Part shown: positions 58,649 to 64,000 of the stretch, in pieces
Layout: each line of letters opens with the position of its first letter
Numbering within the stretch: position 1 is the stretch's first letter
Assembly (NCBI GenBank): GCA_964460055.1
Contig: CAYWPD010000001.1
Span: 1,376 to 65,375 of the forward strand
Origin: an uncultured Candidatus Bathyarchaeia archaeon
GTDB lineage: Archaea > Thermoproteota > Bathyarchaeia > RBG-16-48-13 > CAYWPD01
Length of the DNA: 64,000 nt
Reading direction: 5' to 3'
The notes under the pieces: model-generated
Told to the model about the DNA's origin: nothing
The model's input: the letters and a program-made list of their open reading frames with translations, nothing else
The model's database searches: none
Translations under genes and position numbers: made by a program

Positions 58649-60022
58649 CTAGGGACCTCTGGAGAGCGGTGATGTGGAGCAGTGTGGCCCGCCTAGTAAG
58701 TCGAGGTAGCTGTCGCTCCAGTTCTTCGTTCGAATACCTTTCTCTCTAAGCGCTTCCCGAGTCGCCACGTTTCTTGCGTAAGCTATCACTGTACCTGACT
58801 TTAGGGTAACCGTGTTTGTAGCGCCTCTTGCTTGCTCCATCAGCGCTAGCATGAGATGTCTCAGATCATTCTCTCTCTCGGGCGGTCCTCCAACGTAGAT
58901 CAGGCCATCCTTGTCGATCTTGTCCTCTTTGATCAGGAAGTCCACTAGGCTGATCTCTCGTCGAAGCAGGGTCGGCTGAATTTGCTTGTCTCTCACGTAA
59001 ACGTAACATTGGCCAGCCTTCTCAAACACGGCGGGGCCAACGATATCCTGCATTGGTCTCGCGTCGCGCTCCGATTGAACTCTTGTCGCTGCAAGCAGTT
59101 TCATAAGCAGTCTCTTTGGTGGCATCTCCTTGACGATCTCGCTCTCGAAGTAATAGGGCATGACGAGGGCTCTGCGCTCGGCTGGAAAGTTGATGGTGGT
59201 GTCGAGATGCATGTAGTCAACTGCAGGGTAGTCCGCGTTATGGACGGCGCAGACGTACTTGATCTTTTCATCTTGGTCGGCTGAGAAGATCTTCTTAGCG
59301 GTCTCGATGAAGCCGGTGTATGTTGTTCTTTGTCCGAGTCCAATTGCGATGGTTTCTTCGTCGACTATCTCTGTGTCTCCTCCCTCGATGTTGGCTGGCT
59401 CTGTGTTTGCTATCTCGACCTCGTTTGCATCCCAGATGGTGTTGATATTCTTCTGGAGGACGGGATCGGACTCGTACGCGAATTTCACTACTTTAGGTTC
59501 AAGTCTCCGGCTATATCTGCGCATGTTACAGATTGCAGTCCCGACTGGTGTGGTAAACGATGTGTCCCTCGGATACGGCCAGGTGGCTCTCTTGAAGTCG
59601 GGGAGTATAACCTCGTCTTCGGCAGGATCAAAGTATGGTGTATCAGGGTATCCGTCTGTAATGTGTTCGGCTTTGAGTTCGCTTGGCTTGGGCGCCTTCT
59701 GGCCAGGTCTCCAGAATCTTCGGATGATCTCTCTCTTCTCCGCTTCGGAAGCCGTCTCGATCACATTTCTGATGATTGAGAAGACCTCGAATACTTGGAC
59801 GCTCTCTTCTTTGAGGAATCTCTCCAGCTGCAACCACTGGTCATGACCTCCTGCATCGTAATCCGCGTGTGCGCATCTCGGCAGGTAATAGAGGCTAGAT
59901 TCGCTTCCGGCGAATGGAAGCCTGTTCTCCCAGAAGTTCAGCGTCGAGTCTTGTACAAGCACAGCATGAAGTGCTCCCCACTCAGAGTTCACAGTCCACA
60001 ATTCGAGACCCTGCCCGGCCAT
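58649..60022 (-). CDS. pentein-superfamily guanidino-group modifying enzyme (arginine deiminase / amidinotransferase-like)
   Basis: The C-terminal catalytic Cys motif, LLGGPHCST, is characteristic of ADI/agmatine-deiminase/amidinotransferase enzymes. It is 457 aa long. Confidence 0.62.
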   Translation of the reverse strand: MAGQGLELWTVNSEWGALHAVLVQDSTLNFWENRLPFAGSESSLYYLPRCAHADYDAGGHDQWLQLERFLKEESVQVFEVFSIIRNVIETASEAEKREIIRRFWRPGQKAPKPSELKAEHITDGYPDTPYFDPAEDEVILPDFKRATWPYPRDTSFTTPVGTAICNMRRYSRRLEPKVVKFAYESDPVLQKNINTIWDANEVEIANTEPANIEGGDTEIVDEETIAIGLGQRTTYTGFIETAKKIFSADQDEKIKYVCAVHNADYPAVDYMHLDTTINFPAERRALVMPYYFESEIVKEMPPKRLLMKLLAATRVQSERDARPMQDIVGPAVFEKAGQCYVYVRDKQIQPTLLRREISLVDFLIKEDKIDKDGLIYVGGPPERENDLRHLMLALMEQARGATNTVTLKSGTVIAYARNVATREALREKGIRTKNWSDSYLDLLGGPHCSTSPLSRGP

Positions 60023-60212
60023 CTTGTGGCATAGTTTAAAAGATGTGGTGTGGCGACGTACGTTGCTATTCGGCCATTTGGTGTGGAAGCATAGAGTAGT
60101 ATTTGATCAGAAGAACTCGGCGAAGTCTGGCTACAGGGTGGGAAGAGTGCGAAAGAGCTCTGGAATCAGGAGAAGTTGGATTGCGGCTGCGAGTTCAAGT
60201 GCGGCCGTTTAC

Positions 60213-60851
60213 ATGCCGATCGTTGCTGGCATCATCGAGCCGATGATATGGCCATTATTCTACGCTTCTCCCATCCTATACCGTCTGCTCTACTGGTGGT
60301 GGAGCCCGTTCGAGCAGTATCTTTTCCCACAGTGGTACTACCTCACAAGCTACATCAGTGACACGAGGTGGGCGAGTGTTGTTGCTCCGTTTGTGGTCGC
60401 GTTCGGACTCGTGATCTTCCTCGCAGGTCTGGGACAGACAGTCGGTGCGAAGGCACACAAGTCTGGTTTGGTCACTGGTGGACTCTATGGCTTTGTCAGG
60501 CATCCTCAACATCTTGGCATAGATATCCTGGCGCTTGGGCTTCTGATGCTGAACGCGTATGGTATTCGTGTCGGAGATCTCTATGCATGGACGTTGGTGG
60601 TCTTCATCTACATGCTTCAAGCTGATGGTGAGGAGGCTGCCTTGGAGAAGGAGTTTGGGGATGGCTATCTGGAATATAAGCGCGGGGTGTCCTTCATGAT
60701 TCCTCTCTTGCCTTCTTTCCACGGGCGGGTGCCTTCCATTCTTCCCAAGCGTTGGTCGAAGAGATTCCTGGCCTTTGTTGGAATCTATGCTGTTGTGCTG
60801 ACTGTCCTCACTTGGATAGTTTCATTTGTTCCGGTTTTCCACACCAGATAG
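60213..60851 (+). CDS. isoprenylcysteine carboxyl methyltransferase (ICMT/PEMT) family membrane protein
   Basis: The motif RHPQHLG...EE..L...FG..Y..Y...V is present in the C-terminal half, along with several TM helices. The start is moved to the internal Met at 60213, which leaves a roughly 190-bp divergent promoter region relative to the track start at 60024. Confidence 0.65.
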   Translation: MPIVAGIIEPMIWPLFYASPILYRLLYWWWSPFEQYLFPQWYYLTSYISDTRWASVVAPFVVAFGLVIFLAGLGQTVGAKAHKSGLVTGGLYGFVRHPQHLGIDILALGLLMLNAYGIRVGDLYAWTLVVFIYMLQADGEEAALEKEFGDGYLEYKRGVSFMIPLLPSFHGRVPSILPKRWSKRFLAFVGIYAVVLTVLTWIVSFVPVFHTR

Positions 60852-60937
60852 AAGTTGCCCAGCTAGGAAGCGATCTCCAATCTTCCGTCAAGGTCTTATG
60901 TCGATGCCGCCCCATAGATTGGTCAAAGTGATAGCAT

Positions 60938-61900
60938 TTGGTCGATATTCTCGTTCTGTCAAAGAGTGACGTCGAACGCACCCTGACGATGCGCGACACG
61001 ATAGTCGCGGTTGAGAAGGCCTTCAAGGCCTTAGCGGAAGGGCAGGCCTTGATGCCAAAGATTGTGCACCTAGACGTGCTGAAGCACGGCGGAGACTTTG
61101 ACGTGAAGGGCTCGCTTCTGGACGACGTCAATCTTGTTGGTTTCAAGGTCACGTCTGGCTACTTCGACAATCCGGCGAAGCTCGGTCTCCCAAGCATCAT
61201 GGGAGCGATCTATGTCGCAGACTCAAGAACAGGCCTCCCCATAGCGGTCATGGACGCTTCGCTGATAACGGCGGTCCGGACAGGCGCTGCAGGCGGAGTA
61301 GCCGCGAAGTATCTCGCGAGGAAGGATTCGGCGGTCATCGGCCTAATAGGGACTGGAGTCCAAGGACGTACGCAGGTACAGGCAGTCAGCGAACTATTCA
61401 GCCTGAAGCGGGTCAAGGCCTACGACCTCAGCAAGGAGAGCCGGGAGAAGTTCTCTGCCGAGATGTCCCAGAAGCTCGGGCTGAGAGTTGAGCCTGTGGA
61501 TACGGCAAGAGAGAGTGTAGTCGGTTCGGACATCGTCGCGACTGCGACCTATTCGAAGATGCCCGTCGTGTTGGATGAGTGGGTCGGTGAGGGAACGCAC
61601 ATAACATCCATCGGGGCAGATGTCAAGGGCAAGCAGGAGCTGGATACGAGGCTCTATCCAAGGGCGAAGATCGTCGTTGATAGGAGGGATGTTGCGCTCT
61701 CTAAGGGCCTCTTGAGAGAAGATCAGATACACGCCGAACTCGGGGAGGTCGTTGCAGGATTCAAGAGTGGACGGGAGAGCGATAGAGAGGTCACGATATT
61801 TGATGCTTCCGGTCTGGGAATTCAGGATTTGGCCGCGGCTAGCGTTGTGATAGAGAACGCGAAGAAGATGGGCCTTGGAACGGTTGTGCGATTCATATAG
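60938..61900 (+). CDS. ornithine cyclodeaminase / mu-crystallin family protein
   Basis: A Rossmann motif, GLIGTGVQGRTQ, and the OCD/mu-crystallin N-terminal substrate domain are present. It is 320 aa long. Confidence 0.8.
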   Translation: MVDILVLSKSDVERTLTMRDTIVAVEKAFKALAEGQALMPKIVHLDVLKHGGDFDVKGSLLDDVNLVGFKVTSGYFDNPAKLGLPSIMGAIYVADSRTGLPIAVMDASLITAVRTGAAGGVAAKYLARKDSAVIGLIGTGVQGRTQVQAVSELFSLKRVKAYDLSKESREKFSAEMSQKLGLRVEPVDTARESVVGSDIVATATYSKMPVVLDEWVGEGTHITSIGADVKGKQELDTRLYPRAKIVVDRRDVALSKGLLREDQIHAELGEVVAGFKSGRESDREVTIFDASGLGIQDLAAASVVIENAKKMGLGTVVRFI

Positions 61901-61989
61901 GCTAGGTTGATCTGCGACCGTGAACGCCTTCGATATTGTTCCATGCAATCCGCTTTTTCCCGCAACCCCTTGAAGAGACCTCGCCTGTC

Positions 61990-63273
61990 TCATCTTCTGC
62001 GTCTGAGCGAAAACCTAGCCGTGAGTATCTTCTCCGTCGCGAATACTCTGCCAGCGAAGTAGAGGACTACCACAGTGAAGATCGTTAGGTAGGCTATGCT
62101 AATGAGCATGATGTTGAAGTCGCCGCTCAGCCCGGCCTGCGCGGAGAGGACAGGGTAGGTGAACGGAATAGCGTACAATACGACTTGGACTGCCATCGGC
62201 AGAGTCGCAATGTCGGTGAACATCAGAAATAGACCTGGGACGAGGATCGGAATTGTCAGGTACCCCACGAGCGACTGGGCTCCTCTGACATCTTCGGCGA
62301 AGACGGCAAGCAATATTGCGATTGAGAGGGCGGATGTCAGGGCTATGAAAATCACGAGTCCAAGCAATACGTAGTATGTGGGCGGGGGAATCAGTCCCAG
62401 ACTCGCCAGATCGACCGTCGGCGGCAACTGGGTCATGAATGATTCCATGTAGTATCTGAAGCCGATTATGTAGGCGACCGAGCCAGCTCCCGCGATTACT
62501 GCCGAAGCAATCAGTTTGCTGCCGAGTATCGATACTCGATTGACTGGTAAAGTGAGAAGGGTCTCGAGGGCTCGCTGCTCCTTCTCGACGGCTATTGACG
62601 TGGCGGCTATCTGCATTGCGAATATGAATATGACCATGACAATTACTGGAAGCGTTGTTCCTTGTGAGATCACTATTCCGATTATGGCGCTCGGATTCAT
62701 ACTTACCAGCTTCTCACGGTAGATCGTCTGATAGCTTATGCTGATAGGGTTCGTGACAACCGACGGGTCAGCAGTTGGAGCGGCCTGCTCGAGAATGAGA
62801 GCAGTTGCAGCTGTCGAGGCTAGGCGAAGAATGGAGTTCAACACGGACATCTTGTTGCTCTCGGATACGTCGAGCCTCTTGATCAAGGCGTAGGCAGTCA
62901 CGCCGCCTCTGTTCATCGCAGTGAGGTTCTGTGAGAATCCCTGCTCTAGGATAATGAGGGCTGTTCCATTCAATCGTTCTGTTTCGGCGACCGCTTCATC
63001 GAGTGGTCTCTTCTCGATGGGTATGACCGTGATGTTTCGGTTGTTTGCGAGGACCTCTACGAGGGTCTGCGAGAGTGTTCTCTCGTCCAAATCCATGATG
63101 CAGATCTTCACGTACCTTGCTTGTTCTTGGGCGCTTTGCATGGAGATGCTTATGGCTGAGCCCATTATGGGGAAGAGGAGGAGGGGCATCAGTACCATGC
63201 CGACGAGCACCTTCGGGTCTCGGAGAAGGTCCTTGGCCTCTTTGACTATGAGGTTGAGCAAGCCGCTATGCAA
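61990..63273 (-). CDS. ABC-2 type transporter permease
   Basis: A 427-aa ORF with an N-terminal TM, a large extracytoplasmic loop and five C-terminal TM helices. It overlaps the upstream ATPase gene by 8 bp. Confidence 0.7.
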   Translation of the reverse strand: MHSGLLNLIVKEAKDLLRDPKVLVGMVLMPLLLFPIMGSAISISMQSAQEQARYVKICIMDLDERTLSQTLVEVLANNRNITVIPIEKRPLDEAVAETERLNGTALIILEQGFSQNLTAMNRGGVTAYALIKRLDVSESNKMSVLNSILRLASTAATALILEQAAPTADPSVVTNPISISYQTIYREKLVSMNPSAIIGIVISQGTTLPVIVMVIFIFAMQIAATSIAVEKEQRALETLLTLPVNRVSILGSKLIASAVIAGAGSVAYIIGFRYYMESFMTQLPPTVDLASLGLIPPPTYYVLLGLVIFIALTSALSIAILLAVFAEDVRGAQSLVGYLTIPILVPGLFLMFTDIATLPMAVQVVLYAIPFTYPVLSAQAGLSGDFNIMLISIAYLTIFTVVVLYFAGRVFATEKILTARFSLRRRR

Positions 63274-63994
63274 CGTGAGCCACCTTCACAAATGCTTCTT
63301 CCAAGTTGGATGCGCCGTGCTTCTTCTTGAGCTCGTCAGGCGTGCCTTCATCCACTATCTTACCTGCGTTGATCATTGCCACTCGGTCGCATAGGAATTC
63401 GACCTCGAGCATGTTGTGGCTTGAGAGTATGACGGAGACATCGTGTATCTTGGTGTATTCTCTGATCGAGTTTCTTATGTGGTGTGCGTGTACTACGTCG
63501 AGGCCACCTGTTGGCTCGTCGAGTATCGCGAGCTTCGGTCTAATCATGAGGGCTCTCGATAGGAGAAGCCTTCTGAGCATGCCTTTACTGTAGGTTTTTG
63601 TCTTGTCTCTCAGCCTCTCAGCGAGTCCAGAGATTCTTGAGGCTTCTTGAATCATCTCACCTGCTTCTTTTTGATCCTTTGTGTAGAAGCCGGCCATGAA
63701 GTTGAGGTACTCTATGCCTGAGATGTTCTTGTAGGCTCCAGCCTCTTCTGGAAGGTAGCTTATCAGGCCTCGGACAATAGACGCGTCTCTTACGACGTCG
63801 TTGCCCAATATGCGTGCTGTGCCTGAAGTGGGTTTGATAAGTGTGGCGACTATCCTGAGGGTTGTGGTCTTGCCCGCCCCGTTGGGGCCTATGAGGCCGT
63901 AGATCTCTCTCTGATCTACCTTGAAGTTGACCCCGGAGAGCGCGACCACGCTTCCGAAGGACTTGGTAAGATCTTCGGCTTCGACGGCGTACAT
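63266..63994 (-). CDS. ABC transporter ATP-binding protein
   Basis: Walker A (GPNGAGKTT), signature LSRALMIRP and Walker B ILDEPTGGLD are present. It is 242 aa long. Confidence 0.85.
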   Translation of the reverse strand: MYAVEAEDLTKSFGSVVALSGVNFKVDQREIYGLIGPNGAGKTTTLRIVATLIKPTSGTARILGNDVVRDASIVRGLISYLPEEAGAYKNISGIEYLNFMAGFYTKDQKEAGEMIQEASRISGLAERLRDKTKTYSKGMLRRLLLSRALMIRPKLAILDEPTGGLDVVHAHHIRNSIREYTKIHDVSVILSSHNMLEVEFLCDRVAMINAGKIVDEGTPDELKKKHGASNLEEAFVKVAHVA

Positions 63995-64000
63995 GGGGCG

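Noticed and set aside
59259-59846. 195-aa and 149-aa plus-strand ORFs.
   Set aside because: They are antisense within the pentein-family gene, and their Ser/Leu-rich translations are typical of spurious frames.
1-64000. A search for CRISPR arrays, IS elements, integrases and prophage remnants.
   Set aside because: I could not find any regularly spaced direct repeats, transposase or integrase-like ORFs, or terminal inverted repeats by eye. The window appears to be chromosomal core or accessory metabolic DNA.

Overview
The window looks archaeal and is densely coding, with about 64 ORFs, few long gaps, and no rRNA, tRNA, CRISPR array or mobile element that I can support. The archaeal call rests on a PAC2-type proteasome assembly chaperone, an AbrB-PhoU regulator divergent from pstSCAB-phoU, a SAMP-like MoaD protein, an Mth938-like protein and an MtaA/UroD-like protein. 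All product calls come from my own reading of conserved motifs in the translated ORFs; no database searches were run.

The dominant theme is hydrolysis of amide (C-N) bonds and metabolism of amino-acid derivatives:
- an M28 peptidase and two M20 peptidases;
- an N-acyl-D-amino-acid deacylase, an Amidohydro_3 and an Amidohydro_2 enzyme;
- a creatininase-family amidase, an amidase-signature amidase and a plant-type asparaginase/isoaspartyl peptidase;
- an MBL-fold hydrolase, a hydantoin/Asp/Glu racemase and a pentein (arginine deiminase-like) enzyme;
- two class-V and one class-III aminotransferase, an ornithine cyclodeaminase and two saccharopine-dehydrogenase paralogs;
- three MFS transporters.

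A complete pstSCAB-phoU phosphate-uptake operon sits in the middle of the window. Its divergent promoter carries a palindromic TATA-like element.

Items worth a second look:
1. A radical-SAM/SPASM protein co-oriented with an M28 peptidase, with no visible precursor peptide.
2. Two tandem paralogous polytopic membrane proteins next to an Lrp/AsnC regulator that carries an unusual CxxxCxxC...CxxC C-terminal tail.
3. A minus-strand array that places a ThiS/MoaD-like ubiquitin-fold protein and a signal-peptide-less NMT1/THI5-like protein directly downstream of a split TPP decarboxylase (ComD/ComE-like).
4. A pentein, saccharopine-dehydrogenase-like and ornithine-cyclodeaminase neighbourhood.
5. 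An orphan MtaA/UroD-family protein with no corrinoid partner in the window.
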